A stretch of DNA of 63,098 nt, counting the filler, from Sphacelaria rigidula (lineage: Eukaryota): the NCBI GenBank assembly GCA_964200075.2. It is 4 parts of 4 records of this genome, joined end to end, with 100 filler letters (N's around TTAATTAATTAA, not from the genome) between each part and the next. Parts side by side here need not be neighbours in the genome. Positions count along the whole stretch, not along the records: positions 1 to 15,701 come from CAXNAA020001636.1; 3 more parts are not named here. One strand, 5' to 3'. Positions 1 to 13,107 of this stretch are shown in pieces. Each line of letters begins with the position of its first letter. Within the stretch, counting starts at the first letter, position 1. The notes beneath the pieces were generated by a model. The model saw only the letters and a list, made by a program, of their open reading frames with translations. It had not been told where the DNA came from and searched no databases. A program made the translations under genes and the position numbers.

Positions 1-1384
1 CTAGAAAGAAACAGTACGTTGTCCGCCCGGTGTCTTTCCTACCCTGAATAATCTTACTTAGTGTGGGATTGGGGAGGGGGGATTGGAATTGAGTATCAGA
101 CTGTGCATCGTTGGGACAAAACGAATCTCATTCGGAAACCACATTCAAAAATCAAATTTCGAAGATGTGATTCTGCAGAAGAGCGACCGGCTTTTAACCT
201 CATCACCAGAAATCCCACATACAGCAGAAAGCTCAACTACAGGAAACACCTAACACAATTAGTCACGATGAGTCACGCTCCGAAGAGGAACGCGGCGGGA
301 TGACCACCAAATACATCCGACGGGCTTGACACCAGTACACTTACAGCCCACTGCAATTTGTCTCGTCGGAATAATGGGCCCGTCCCGGAGCTCCGACACC
401 AGGCCTTCAACGCAACGACAGGTGTCAACAATATTAAGGCAGCAGGGGCGGCAGGCGTAAATACTGCACTGAGCACCATTCATACACCCTCCATCTTGCA
501 TTTCATGCCCCTCTTTCACTTCTCCGCCACGGTGTCACCCCAGATCCACAGTGTCATTAGACACGACATCGGCCGGTTCTAATCAACGACAGTGGTGGCT
601 TATACATACTTCACCCTTATTCCCCAAGTAACAGGATGTGGTGCGTGTAATGGGGGCGTCAGTACAGCGATCGCGCCGCACTTCGATTTTACCCTACGAG
701 GGATACGATTTCCTAACTACCCGAATGACTCCGAAGAAGTTCGAGAAGACCTCTCAGAAATCACCTCTCCGCAGTGTAACCCATGGCTGTCTCTAGAAGT
801 GGCGATCCCGGAAAATGAAGAAAACTCATCAGAGGCTGCCATCCAAATACAAGAATATCAGTACGACGTTGAGGGCCAAAAAAGCTTAGCAGGATGTAGA
901 TCACACCGCATGCGACGCGCCGACCATATCCCAGCGATTTGTGCTAGTTGATTGATTGCAAGCCTGGTCCGGCGAAAACCCGGCGTGCTCCGTCCCGTCT
1001 TTGTAGGGGTGCAAGGTCAATGGTCGCATGACTACGGCATGCAAGATCATGAGTACATCCCCCCACACACTCCCCCCCACCCCATGTGCGGGGATCATTT
1101 TGGGCCAAACATGCATCCATTGTAGTTGTTTCCAAGCCAAACACAAATTCTCGTCGCCCAGACAGCGCCCATGCATCATACATATATTTTGCAAAGTGCC
1201 AGCATTAAAGCGACAGTGTTCACATAAATTACTACTGTACTACACGTTTTGTGCTTCGCTTTTCTTGACTTTTTCTCGACTGTTTTTCTTCCCTCTTTTT
1301 TTCCATGTCTTAGTCTACTATGTCGTTCTGTTGGACTCTTTTTCTGTTCCTTCTTTTTTATCAACGAGTGTGTCAGTTTTGTTT

Positions 1385-1470
1385 TGTCTTGGGTACGTCT
1401 ATCATGGGACCACGGCTGGATCCCTGGGGGGTCAGTTGATCTCCGACAATCAATCGATCAATCAAAACAA
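1385..1470 (+). mobile_element. Truncated LINE 3' end (same tail as the RTE element)
   Basis: CTTGGGTACGTCTATCATGGGACCACGGCTGGATCCCTGGGGGGTCAGTT followed by a (CAAT)n-like tail. It matches the reverse complement of 3810-3890. Confidence 0.75.
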
Positions 1471-1915
1471 ATACACGTGGAATTCTCCATGATAAGCGGC
1501 TGGCAGGAAGGACGCCCCAGGTGAACATCCAGAAGGTAATCACGACGCGGCTGATAGGGTGATAATCGGTAGTAAAACGCTTGCTCGAACTCTTCCCTCA
1601 CACTCCCGGGTCAGACGCCTCGTCATTTTCAAAACTTGAAAAAAAAGTGGAAGCGCGAACGGAAAACAAAAGGCGCGTAACCATGAGTACGGAGGAAGGG
1701 CAAGGAAAAATATACAAGTACACGTCATACGCATTAAAAAAATGCAGGTCCCGGTGTGGCCGGGTCGGTCTCTTCCAATGAAGACACCTTCCGAGTGAAG
1801 TTTTTTCCAATTGTGTGCGTGCCATTTGTCGTCGTGTAAAACCAAAAATGCGCCGCAAATCTTCAGTTTCAACGTCGTCAGTTCCCTAGTACAACACGTC
1901 ACCTTTGGGAGTGGT

Positions 1916-2146
1916 ACTACGGAAGGGGTGCACAAATATTTCATAAGAATCGAATTGTTAAGAGCCCTCAATCCCATCCAAAAAAGCACTTGTGAAGTAT
2001 CTGCGAGCACGCCACGATTGCCATACCAACGGTCTAGGGGTATCCCGAATGAATTTAAAGACGGAAATGTTTTGAACCATATTCTTGTGTAGCTCTTAAC
2101 TTTAGGGAGAAAGATTTGGGTCCAAATGTGCAACCCCTACCGTAGC
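1916..2146. mobile_element. MITE, TIR family GCYACGGTAGGGGTGCAC
   Basis: ACTACGGAAGGGGTGCACA at 1916 and TGTGCAACCCCTACCGTAGC ending at 2146. The termini match 14468-14596. Confidence 0.6.
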
Positions 2147-2456
2147 ATAACTTTTGTATATTACCCTTAGCGGGGCCACGCTATTATATATACGATGGCA
2201 TACGCTAGAACTATTATCCCAAAACCACGTGCTGTACTCCGTTCCTTTTTCGTTTCATTTTCAGCACCTCCCCTTCTTTGGGATGAGTCCGTAGTCTAAG
2301 GGGAGCCCAGCCCCCACACACGCCTTGCACTTTGGTATCGCGGATTGGACCAGCACTTTTGCACAGCGTCGACTTTTGTCAAGTGACTGTTTTTCTACTG
2401 AAATCTTCACATTTTCACCGACGGCATCGAATACTCCTCGGGGAAAAAACCCCAAA

Positions 2457-2533
2457 CGCACCTTTCGGGACACGAACCCGCATCTGCCGATCTAATGGCT
2501 TCTCAGCTGTACCATGAGATCACCAGGGCGCGA
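2457..2533 (-). mobile_element. tRNA-derived SINE head (degenerate A/B boxes)
   Basis: Reverse complement CGCGCCCTGGTGATCTCATGGTACAGCTGAG...GCGGGTTCGTGTCCCG. No intact cloverleaf. Confidence 0.55.
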
Positions 2534-3809
2534 CGACGGCAATACTGTGCTGAATAACGCGCACTAAGCACTCTCATTTTGTACACGCTTCGACGGCCTT
2601 TCGTCACGTGTAAATGAGTCTCTACGGGCTGCGTTATATTCTCTTTTTTTCACTCGCAGTAGCATCATCCCAGTCAAGAACCATTTTCAGGTGACAGAAT
2701 AGCCATGCTTTTTTCGTCCATCGAAACCAAAACGCTACGCATGCTGCGAGTCGTGTGAATCTTTGCACGTCAATCTTCTATTTGCTGATAGAGATCCTGG
2801 GTTTTAACGGCGGGTACAGTAGTTCTGGGCCATATAATTTCACAGGCACGCCCGTGCTGTTGGTTAAGTCGCCCTTTGCCTTGTCCGTGCAGAGATGGAG
2901 GAGCAGTCCACGGTATGGCAAAACCAAGCGAGCAAAGTGAATCTGTACAAAAAGGCAGGATGCACCTGTCGAAGCAAAATTAGATGTAGATCAGCTCACG
3001 CCTGCAGTACATATGACTGAAACACAGGGCAGCAAAGCACCCCCACTGATGCAGTGCTGTAGGTTGTGTTCATTGCTACTGCTGTACAGCGCGTGTAGCG
3101 CTAATGCTGGGTGCTCATGATTGTGAGTGTACGCCCGGCGGACATTACTGAGTAATGGCGGACTACTTGCTACTTTGTCTTTGCGCGACTGTCTGTACTG
3201 ACCTTCGCACGTGTGCGCATATACCAAGAGGACAGCGAAGTGATCAATCACGCGTGCCCTTTTTCGAATCATCCACGGGTATGTACGTCTGATAGTCCCG
3301 AATCTCGACGGAAGCATCGGATAAAAAACAGTGATGTACCAATATGACTCGAATGGGAATCCATCAGTCCGAATTCGTCGGCCCAGAGGTATCCAGTTCC
3401 AAAATGGTTAACCAGCAATACTGCACAAACGTCAACCAGGCTTGATCCTTTTGCAGCATATTTTTGGATCGATTTCATCCAAGTATTCATTATATGTTCT
3501 GGCAAGATATGGATATTTCAAAGTTGTTTACAGGGCTTATAACAGGGGAAAATCGCACGGGCGATCACACGGCAAGAAGATTCCCGTCTCGTCCTGTCCC
3601 GTGTATTTTTTGGCAGAAGCGAAACGTTCCCGTCCCGTTGTTTCTTTCGCAGTTATTGTGCTTTAGGCGACAGGAATGCGTTCCGGTCCCGTCCCGTCGT
3701 CACGCGAAAACCTGCGATATTTCTCACAGAGAACCCGTCAGGTTGGATGGGAGTTTCCGTCAACAAACCCGGAATTCCCGTCCAATCTGACGGCAACTTG
3801 ACTACTATT

Positions 3810-6650
3810 TCGACTTTTGATGTTGACTGTCACACATTAACTGACCTCCGAGGGACCCAGACGTGGTCACAAGATAGACGTACCCAAAGTGAAAAAGAAG
3901 AAAATGGTCGCGAAAAACTACAGTAGGTGAGACGACAACATCGAGCAAACGAAATAAAGTGAGAAACGAAAAACAAAACAAGGACAGGAAAGGAGAAGTA
4001 AAACTCACAATAAGTCCCGGTGAATTTAAATAAAGATAAGAAATGAATGACGAAATAAAGCTAGAAATTGCCAGTCCCCGCAGCACGGCTTCGGGTATAG
4101 CAACAAGGCCGTGCGCAAAAAACACGCATGCACCTATACACAAAACACGCATGCAAAAGGTCGTTGGAGCAGATTGCGGCTCAGCTATTTCGGACCATAC
4201 TATTTGGGCATGAGCTCCCTCCCATAATCCTACGCAGAGAGGAAAGGATCTGCGAAATATAGAGAGACGGAGAGAGAAGAAAGTGCAGACAGGAAGAATA
4301 ATACGGAAGCGATGAAAGCCAAGGACAGAGAAAAATATGTACGGGGGCAAACTCAGGGACACCACAAGGTCACAAGCCAAGGATAAGTCAACAACCGATA
4401 ATAGAAGACAGGGGTATGTCGGTTTCCGTTTTTAACCCTGCTTCCCCCCCCGATCCCCACTCATCTCCAATCGGGTACAAAGGAGGCCCCTCTCTCGATC
4501 ACTTTTGTCCTAGATTCCTCGCGAGCCGTTGCCGTTGTTGTGTCAGTGATCGAGGCTCTTCAATTGGCTCTCGCCGCGGCAGCCTTTCGTTCATAGCGGA
4601 CGTCCGACTCGTGTGTGTCCTCGCGTCGCCACGTCTCTTCGAAGTCTTCCGCCCCATTCTCGGCGCCAATATGTCATTTGCTCGTATTCTTCGCCGCCGT
4701 GACTCAATCGTGTGCACCTTTGACCTCCACATCGTGGATGGTTCAATCCCATCGTTCTCCTTACTGTGGAAGAGTCCCTAGTGCGCGCAAGTTCTCCTGG
4801 AGGCGATCTTCCCAGTGTGTGGCGAGCCGGCCCTCCTTGAGCCCTCACCTAGCTAACCGTCCCAGTAGGATGCGCTTGCAAAGACGCGTTTCGTTCTGCC
4901 GAAAAAGGGTTCCCGCGAACCACAGCTGACGCTCGAGGTTGTTCGTCTCAGTAGGTTCGATAGGTTCGCAGTCGGTCATCTCGAGCACGTCGCTGTGCGA
5001 AAGAGTCTTGTGGCCCATCTGCTCTTCCCTGCGGAATCGAATCACTCGTAGTGAAGGCTTGTGGTGGGCAGCACGCAAACCGTCAAAGTTCCTCGGAGCG
5101 TGGTGACCATGTACCACATCCGTACAGCATAGCTTTCCCCATCTCCGCTTTAAGCAGCCGGATTCTCAGAGGTGATAGCTGGGCGTTGTATCGATCGTGA
5201 AGTTGGGAACTATACTTTCGGAAGCGTACCTACGCAGCGCTGATTGTGCAGTTGATTTCGACAAAGAGAGGTGGTGCAATAGTTTCAATACTCGATATGC
5301 TCGATACCTTACGGGGCACACTGTGATCCGATTCCAACTATTGTAGCAACTTTCGCTCGAGGGGTGAAATACTTGCATCTGCGCTGACAGCACCACGAAG
5401 GAAGACAAACCCGGCCTGCTCCTTATACCGTTGGCCTGCCCGCCTGTACCGCGGAGCTGGGTACTAACCACGGGCGCATGGACTTTGTCTTGCTCTCCGA
5501 TACCGTCAATCTGAACACCTGGCAATAACTCACCATCACGATCATTATTCTAGCAAGCCCGTCTTGGGATCTCGAGACTATGCCTACGTCGTTCGCATAT
5601 GGCGTTCCCCACACCGCGCGTTGCATCTTCTCCAGCGGCGTCTTTTCCAGGGGGTCACCAACCACACCTTTTGGCGCATCATGTAGACATGCCAAGTGTG
5701 AGATGATGGCTGGGTCTGCCGCGAACCGCTGTAAGATGACCTCGACCAAGGCAGCCGCGTCGAAGATATTGAACAATAGTGGGGACGAAAGGCATCCTTG
5801 TCGGAGTCCCTGACGGATGTGGAATCACGTTGATATCACGCCATCATTCAGCAGTACCCGAGTTTGCATGCCATAGAGAAACAAACGGAGGGCTTGATTA
5901 TCCGTAGGCGGGGCTCCAAACCGAGAAACACTTCCCACAGGAGCATGCAGTCTCTGGCGGTCTACGGAGTCGTAGGCCTCCTGCGGGTCGATGACGCATA
6001 TATTTAGAGGGACGTCGCTCGCCCATCCCAACTCCAGTAGTCAGCGTACCACGAACATCATGTCGCCGGTCGATCGCTGGCGCCGGAATCCGCGCTGTTC
6101 TTCCGGGAAGATCTGTGCTTCCTCGCAGAAACTACCGAGCCTGTCGGCTATGATTTTGGGGAAAAGTTTATTAGCATGTGCAACGACGGAGATGCCCCTG
6201 TACTTACCACACTCGGTCCTATGCTTCTCCTCGTGTAGCACTTTGGTAGTAGCGTTTTTCCCCTCCTGCGGCACCTCGCCCGATATTCAAACAGCAGCGA
6301 CAATGCTGTGGAAATGGTGCAGAATCTCCGAAGGCTCCGCGGTCAACCCAGGCTTGGGGTGTTCAGCACGTAGCCCATCCGGGCTCGTCACTTTGCCGTT
6401 GGCCATAGCTCTTAGGGCCTCTTCAGTTTCAGTTGGGCTCGGCGGGACTCCAAGTCACAACGCTATCGGTCGTTGTGCGATGTTTGCGATGACGGTTCGG
6501 TCGATAGTTACCGATATGGCATTAAGCAAGGTGGAGAAGTACCGTTCCAATCTCTCACGGATTGAACCTGTGTCCCGCAGTAAGATCCCGTCCTCATCTC
6601 TAATTTAGTGCTCGCTCTCTACTTTTCGTCCCGCTAGACACCACCCTACT
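3810..6650 (-). mobile_element. Decayed, 5'-truncated RTE-like LINE (non-LTR retrotransposon) with reverse transcriptase remnant and 3' tail
   Basis: Minus-strand fragments read IRDEDGILLRD..IRERLERYFSTLLN, MANGKVTSPDG, CGKYRGISVVAHANKLFPKIIADRL..PEEQRGFRRQRSTGDMMFVVR, IDPQEAYDSVDR, GLRQGCLSSPLLFNIF, YANDVGIVSRS (YADD-equivalent) and LTVSESKTKSM, followed by a C-terminal HHK..LRVI..SDVLEMTDCEPIE segment. They are broken by stops and frameshifts. The element ends near 3810 in the same tail seen in several other places. Confidence 0.9.
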
Positions 6651-7275
6651 GTCAGGTGTCTTTGTCATCCTCAGATCTCCCCGATTCCAATATACTCCGC
6701 CCGTTCCTTCGCATACGCATCTATGTACCTGTCCACCTAAGCTTGGATCACCTCTTGGAGTTCCCTACACAGTGCTCGCGAATTGCGCCGTGCAGGGTCT
6801 CCTCTCGGTTCTGCTCGCATCGTCAACCTCCCCCTTCATCTCTCAGTCGGGCGGCAGTAGAACTTTATATCTTCGCACATGTGGAATGTGGAAAGGTGAT
6901 GTTTTTATTTTCAGGCTCAGGGCCCTTTCACACTTCATTCTTACATTTTACATGGAGGATAAATGGTCACGAACATCGTAACCAGGGCTTGTCACGGGAC
7001 TTCGAGACGGAATAGGATCCCATGACTAGCATGAGTCCATTCAACTGCCGCTGTCGGATGTTTGATCTCAGCACCGGGGATGGTTCTTCGTGAAGCTATT
7101 CAAGCGTTGCATTACATAATGGTCCTATCTCGCTTGTTGTGGCAGGGTCATGTTTCGGCGTAACGGAACGGGATATTGTAGCTCAACATCGGAGATTATT
7201 CCTTAGTGAAGCTATTCAAGCGCTTCATTGAAGTATGGTGTGTCGTGCTTGTTTTGGCGGGGTTATATACTTCCG

Positions 7276-7362
7276 CGGAACGGGACGGACCGGACGGAAC
7301 GGAACGGAACGGAACGGAACGGAACGGAACGGAACGGAACGGAATGGGATGGAACAGAACGG
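7276..7362. repeat. (GGAAC)n microsatellite within a degenerate GGGAC/GTCCC-rich repeat family
   Basis: About 10 perfect CGGAA units with degenerate flanks. Related CCCGTCCCGT motifs occur at 3580-3790 and 8740-8895. Confidence 0.85.
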
Positions 7363-9871
7363 AAATTCCCGTCCTGTCATGTTTTTATGGCGACGGGGGA
7401 CCGTTTCCGTTTGGGCTGTGAACTGGACCACCAGTTTATACTGTTTATACTTTCGTTTAAACTGGAACTGAGATCAAACCGGAACTGGCGATGAGGGCGC
7501 CAGTTGTCCAGTATACTTGAGGTTTGCCGTTACGGGCTATTTTTTAAAACAATGTTAGTATGGGGTAGTTCCATGCCATTCTATGCCACGTTTCTGAATG
7601 TTTTAGTTCAATACATGAGGGAACTCATTGGGGGCCAAAACGTTGACAGATGGGGCATAATAGTGTATCAACAATATTGATGAAGTCCGATTTGGGTGGG
7701 GGGTGCATGATGGCGCAGGGGACAAGAAAATGGTCGTCGCCGGGGGTACTTTCTACCGTGAATTTCGGAGTGGTATCCACCGCTTTGGCCTGTATACCGT
7801 GCGAATGGCAATGCGTTTGAATGACGTGAAAGTGTTTTCGTGATACTTGAGATGTGGAAGTGGTGACATGCATCAAATCTTCTTTTTCCGGAGATCTAAC
7901 ATACGTATCCCCCCAAATAAATGCTACGTCTCGAAAGGGATGCGTGGTCAATGGTCGAACGACTAAGGCAAGCAACAAATGAGTACGCCCCCCCCTCCTC
8001 CCACATAAATTGTCATTCGTGTGGTTTCCACCGGTTTGGCCTGTTATACACGAATGACTATGCATCTGAACACAGCTCCGATAAGACGTGTTAGCAATTG
8101 AAAAAATGACCCCGACCCCCCATTCCTCCCCACCCAAGGACGAAATCGCTATTTCCCCTCTCCAGGCACGATGGAAGGTGCCACCTACCGTTTTCGCAGA
8201 TGCATATGCATTTACACACGAATGGCGATGCCCCCAAACACGCAGGGGGGCATCGTTAGAACTCATCTACCACACGATATTCCCTCGTGACCCTCTTCTG
8301 CTCACATGATTTTCCCCAGGGATAAAATAAACGAATTCCCTCTCTGAACAATCTCAGCGAAAATGAGGGGGGTGTTATCAGACGTTTGATCATTTTGCGG
8401 CCGGGCGGCGATGAATCTGAACTCGTGGCCGGTGCCAACAGAAGAAACCGTACAGTGTATGCCCTAACTAGTGATGCATGCCGCTTTTCTTGACAGTGTT
8501 ACAGACACCACTGGGAATATTTTATCAGGGAAAAGAAGCCAAATACCACGTTTTTGTTACCTCCGGCGGCGCTCCCGTGGGCTCCTCGCGAGGTCCCCTT
8601 ACCAGTCGAGGGGGGGTTTGGGTGGCGACTTCGCGGCCCGCCGTCGATGTTACCCAGTTAAGTGGGGAAACATCAATTTACTGGCCGCTGGCGCGACCAG
8701 TTGAAACCCAACTGGCTAGAGCCGCCACTTCACAGCCTTCGTTTCCGTCCTGTCCCGGGTTTTTTTTGCGACGGAAAAACAGTCCCGCTCGGTCCTGCTG
8801 ATTTTTGGTGACTGCCGTTCCGTCCCGTGGCCTTCGGTGGGACGAGATTCCCCCCGTCCCGTTCCGTCTTGTCCCCAGTTCAATGACAAGCCCGATAACA
8901 GTGAAACCAATCAATCAATCAATCAATCAATCAAAATCCATGCTGATGCACCTTTCTCACAGCCCAGGCATGACTATTATATATCTTTCAACTATTGCAA
9001 TGAACAATAATGAGTTGGGACAGCAATGGGGTGGTGGGAAATGGCACAGTATGATAATATGCAGCACCCCCATCCCCGCCCCGGCCTCCCTTTCCCTTCT
9101 TTCCCCCGATTTTGGAGCCTTTTCGGGCTGTGGCTCCAAAATCGGGCCCCATTGGTTCGAGATGGAGTATGTCAGCGACCTATGAATTGTGACGAGAATG
9201 ATTCATGTTTCTCGACTGAGGATGTCTGTGAGACACTGTGTGCTCCTGGTGTGTTTGGCGAAGGATGGCTGCATGTGCACGACAGTACATCGATATACTG
9301 ACTCACTGCGGAAGAGCAAAGCTAGGGTTGATCCTGTATGGCAACGATGTCAAGTCCTCTGATGGGCAAGAGGCGATCCGCCCAGGACGCGTTATGATTT
9401 GAGCTCATGAACGCACCACTTCTCGAAAAAACAACAGTCATCTACCTGGATACATCTGCTGGACTCATTCATTCCGTGCTGTCCGTCTGTGTGTACACTG
9501 TCCGAACAAAACACATGGAACGGCATAAACGGAGACACAACCATCCGTTCGTGCTACCCGCCCAACGCTACGGTTGCAGCACATGAAAACAAACGAGCGT
9601 CGCAGCGCACGAAGATGCCGGCTTCATGCGCTGTTGAGTTTCCTCTATCTCCAAGATTGGCGCAGACGAACTCGTCCACCGAAATGTGAGACGGTGAAGG
9701 AGGGCGTTTGGCGGGAAGGAGCCCGCGGTTAGGTACCCATCTCGCGTCAAGGCACACGAAAGCCAAGGGTTTTGCGTTGTGCGAGCGACTAAAAGTTTCG
9801 CACAACGTTTCACGCGCACCACTCACCGTAAAGTAGGGTAGACCCCTCAGAAGTTACTGCATGCAATCGAT

Positions 9872-9937
9872 GTCGCTGCTGCTGCCGTCGCTGCTGCCGC
9901 TGCCACTGCCGCTGCCGCTGCCGCTGCCGCTGAAGCT
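9872..9937. repeat. (GCTGCC)n simple repeat
   Basis: GTCGCTGCTGCTGCCGTCGCTGCTGCCGCTGCCACTGCCGCTGCCGCTGCCGCTGCCGCTG. Confidence 0.85.
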
Positions 9938-11225
9938 GTATCGTACTGAGGAGATCGATTTGGTAGGGGCCTTAACGGGCTGGAAAACATTCAGGGAGAG
10001 AAAAGAGCGCCCAAAACCTGCATGGTGATTGGCTGCCGCGTCATCAGGCGAGGGGATGGCCAATCAACATGTTTTTCGGCGCTTATTGCTTTTCGCTGCT
10101 ATAAGTTATTTTTCAGCGCGGTACACGGGCTGGATATAGTGTCACTTTGTTTACCATTGCCTGATATAGACATGTGGTAAAGTTCATAGGCTGCATACAG
10201 CGACTCATCACTGTTTCCAGCTCAGAGTTCATACAGTATATCTAAATCTGCACTTTCAGAAAATAACTACAGGATAGTTCCCCTATTACACTGCACAACG
10301 CACAAACAAGCGATTCCAATCCGAACTCATGCGGCAGTAGCATGAGTTGTACGATCTTGAAGGTCATTTTCCAACGAACGCAGTCGAACTGACGGGCGAA
10401 CCGCGGTGATGGCACAACTCAGATTACACCCCAACATGAAGAATGATATGTTTTTCAACATTATGCGCCCAAAAGCACGAAGGAGCACATTTCCCCCCAG
10501 AGAGTATTTCGTTTCCAGTTGGACCGTCAAACAACTTCGACAACGGCTCTGACTGTTGATACTGAGGGAAATATGACGCCGAGAATCCAAGTCCAGGATC
10601 ATGGAGCAGCTGGTAGCCAGCTGGTTGCCTCGTGTAAGAGAGAACGGAGCATACTGCTGGAGGTTGCGGTGAGTTCATCAAATAATCATTCAGAGATTCT
10701 CGATATGGTCGATTTGCCCAAACCATGGTTTGCAATAACTCAGCCGTAGGAAAAGCAATTTCGAAACGTGCACGTTGGTCCTGTACTACTGTAGGCTGTA
10801 GGTGACGGGTTTGCGTCTCTGTTTGACAGTGTTTCACTGTCGATCTTTATTATTCCACGAATGTCACGACAGTAAAACCCCTTTTTTCGAGAATAAGTTC
10901 GCTGGAGTTCTGCGATGTGATCCTAAATCCCAAGAGTAGGAGGTCGCTACTCTCGAGAAAATCGAATGATCATCAGGGGTGGTATACTCCGTCACCAGAG
11001 ATGTCTGCACAACTAGAGAAGCACCCTAAGCCCCCCCAGCGGCGCAGAACGGCAGAGGCACTAGTGTACTGTGCATGCTTCTGCTCTCTACCACCAAAGA
11101 AGCGGGCTTATACATGTGTTGCATCTAAATGTAAAGCCGTAACTTCGGGTCGTTGTGCTGCTTTGTCGCTGCGCCCAAATCATGACACGGTCCGTTGTAC
11201 CTGGTTGCTAAGGCTCCCAGTTCAA

Positions 11226-11364
11226 CCCTTTGGGGATTAGACCCCCAGGGAGTGCTGATATGTGTTTTTGTGAATCGACATCATATTCATTCATTTTCAA
11301 GCCAAAATGATGCCGATTCACAAAGATTCACAAAACAAACATCAGCACTTTAGTTCCCAAAGGC
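11226..11364. mobile_element. Small palindromic MITE with piggyBac-like ends
   Basis: TCAA|CCCTTTGGGGA ... TCCCAAAGGC|TTAA, with inner inverted arms AGTGCTGAT..TTTGTGAATCGACATCAT / ATGATGCCGATTCACAAA..ATCAGCACT. Confidence 0.55.
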
Positions 11365-11979
11365 TTAATTAAGTGCTATGTGTTGCACGCTCACATGTAC
11401 GCGGCCCCCTTTCATTTTCACAGCAGACCTCTGCAGGAATGGCATTCCTTATTGGGTCATTTTGAACGACGCCAAGGCAGTATTTCAGGTATCGTCGCTC
11501 CTTGTAATAAGATGCAGAAAATGTCCCTAGGCTTGAGACCGCTGGAAGTCACCGGCAAAGGTGCACCGTAACTGTTACAGTACACATGAGGCGCCTTCCT
11601 CGCATCGATGCTGTAGAACAGCCTGTTTGTTTCTTCACCTACAATGGGGCACCGCAAATACTGCTGCCCGGCAATAGAATCCCTTGCACCCGTATGTGTA
11701 CATAATTTTCGCACCTAAACTCTATAATGTTTACACACTGACCACAGCAGCATGCGTACCGCGAACCACGGGCGGGCGTCGGTCATCACACAGTCTACTC
11801 CGGAAGACCATATGAATGATTTCCCACGAGCACCTCACATCCAAAACGGCACCTTGACGCCGGATCTCCCGTTTGTGGACTTGAGACCCGTGTCTCAGCT
11901 ATGCTCCTCCGTGTTGCCCGTCTGGTTATTATCTCTAATTCGGCAACAGCGGCCCCTCGACGACATCGGCGTGGCCGCA

Positions 11980-13107
11980 ATGATTGCCCGCTGCTACGTC
12001 GCGAGCGCCATCGCACGACGGACCCACACCGCACGCCAATTCTCACGCGAGCTTGCGACTGCAGTCCCTGCTCTTCAGTGGCGACCAGGCCTCCCACCCA
12101 GACGCTCAGTTCCGCACGTGTCGTTCGTTGGTTCATCAGATCTCCGGGAAGCCGTCGCGCAAACAAATATCTCGAGCGACAGCACAGGGATTCCGCGGCG
12201 ATCCGCTAGGCCAGTTCCTGACGGTTGCACAGTAAAACACACTCGACCACCGCCTATATCTTCGAGGAGCTTGGCCACCGTTGCTGATCCTACGCAACAC
12301 CCGTGGGCGCTAGCGCGTGGGGACAAGAAGGAAGACGGTGGAGCGACGGAAAGTGGAGTATCGACAAGCCGCGCGCCAAAAAATCAAATGGCTCTGCTGG
12401 TGAGGCGTCTGAAAGCCGCCGGTGCCGAGAGAAATTGGCGGGAAATGGAGCGTGCGATGGAGACCGCGCTTGCTGATCCCGACGTATTGCCTTTGCGCGT
12501 TTACAATAGCGCCATGAAGGCCTTCATCAAAAGCGGTAGGTGGTTCAAGGCTGCCGATCTGTTCGACGAGATGCAGGCGCGAGGAGTCACTCCGGACGTG
12601 ATGAGCTATAGCGCAATAATGCAGGCTTACGGACAGGGTGGGAAGTGGGGAAAATGTGTGGATCTTATGGCCGAGATGGAACAACACAGTTTGAGTCCAG
12701 ATGCACTAAGTTACAGTGTGGCCATTAAGGCCTGCGGAGATAGCGGGCAGTGGGAAAAGGCTTTGGATCTGTTAGCGGAGATGCCTGCGAAGGGCGTTGC
12801 TCCGAATGCAATGTCTTACAACACGGCGATCATGGCGTGCAGAGTTTCTGGGCAGTGGAAACGAAGTGTGGATCTGTTGAGCGAGATGTCGGCAAATAGT
12901 GTTACGCCCGACCTCATCAGCTACAACACGGTCATGAAAGGGTGCGAAGAATGTGGGCAATGGGAAACTGTGTTGGATCTATTCGCCGAGATGCGGGCGA
13001 ATGGTCCCACCCCTGACGCGAGTATTTACTCATTGGCAGCGACGGCGTGTTCCGAGCTGTCGAGGGAAGCACGAGAAGGGAAACGGATACCTAGGTTGTT
13101 GGAGTAG
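11980..13107 (+). CDS. Pentatricopeptide repeat (PPR) protein, P-type, probably organelle-targeted, intronless
   Basis: Five complete 35-aa PPR motifs (e.g. LRVYNSAMKAFIKSGRWFKAADLFDEMQARGVTPD, AMSYNTAIMACRVSGQWKRSVDLLSEMSANSVTPD) plus a partial sixth. The ORF is open from 11752. ATG 11980 begins an R/S/A/T-rich, acid-poor N-terminus (MIARCYVASAIARRTHTARQFS) resembling a mitochondrial presequence. The start choice is inferred. Confidence 0.88.
   Translation: MIARCYVASAIARRTHTARQFSRELATAVPALQWRPGLPPRRSVPHVSFVGSSDLREAVAQTNISSDSTGIPRRSARPVPDGCTVKHTRPPPISSRSLATVADPTQHPWALARGDKKEDGGATESGVSTSRAPKNQMALLVRRLKAAGAERNWREMERAMETALADPDVLPLRVYNSAMKAFIKSGRWFKAADLFDEMQARGVTPDVMSYSAIMQAYGQGGKWGKCVDLMAEMEQHSLSPDALSYSVAIKACGDSGQWEKALDLLAEMPAKGVAPNAMSYNTAIMACRVSGQWKRSVDLLSEMSANSVTPDLISYNTVMKGCEECGQWETVLDLFAEMRANGPTPDASIYSLAATACSELSREAREGKRIPRLLE

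Noticed and set aside
273-479. Tyrosine-recombinase-like phrase PVVALKAWCRSSGTGPLFRR
   Set aside because: No downstream H-x-x-R or catalytic Tyr motif was found, and the match is too short to call without a profile search.
6983-8893. Single hAT element bounded by CAGGGCTTGTCA / TGACAAGCCC
   Set aside because: No matching target-site duplication and a mixed interior, so it may be ends of separate copies.
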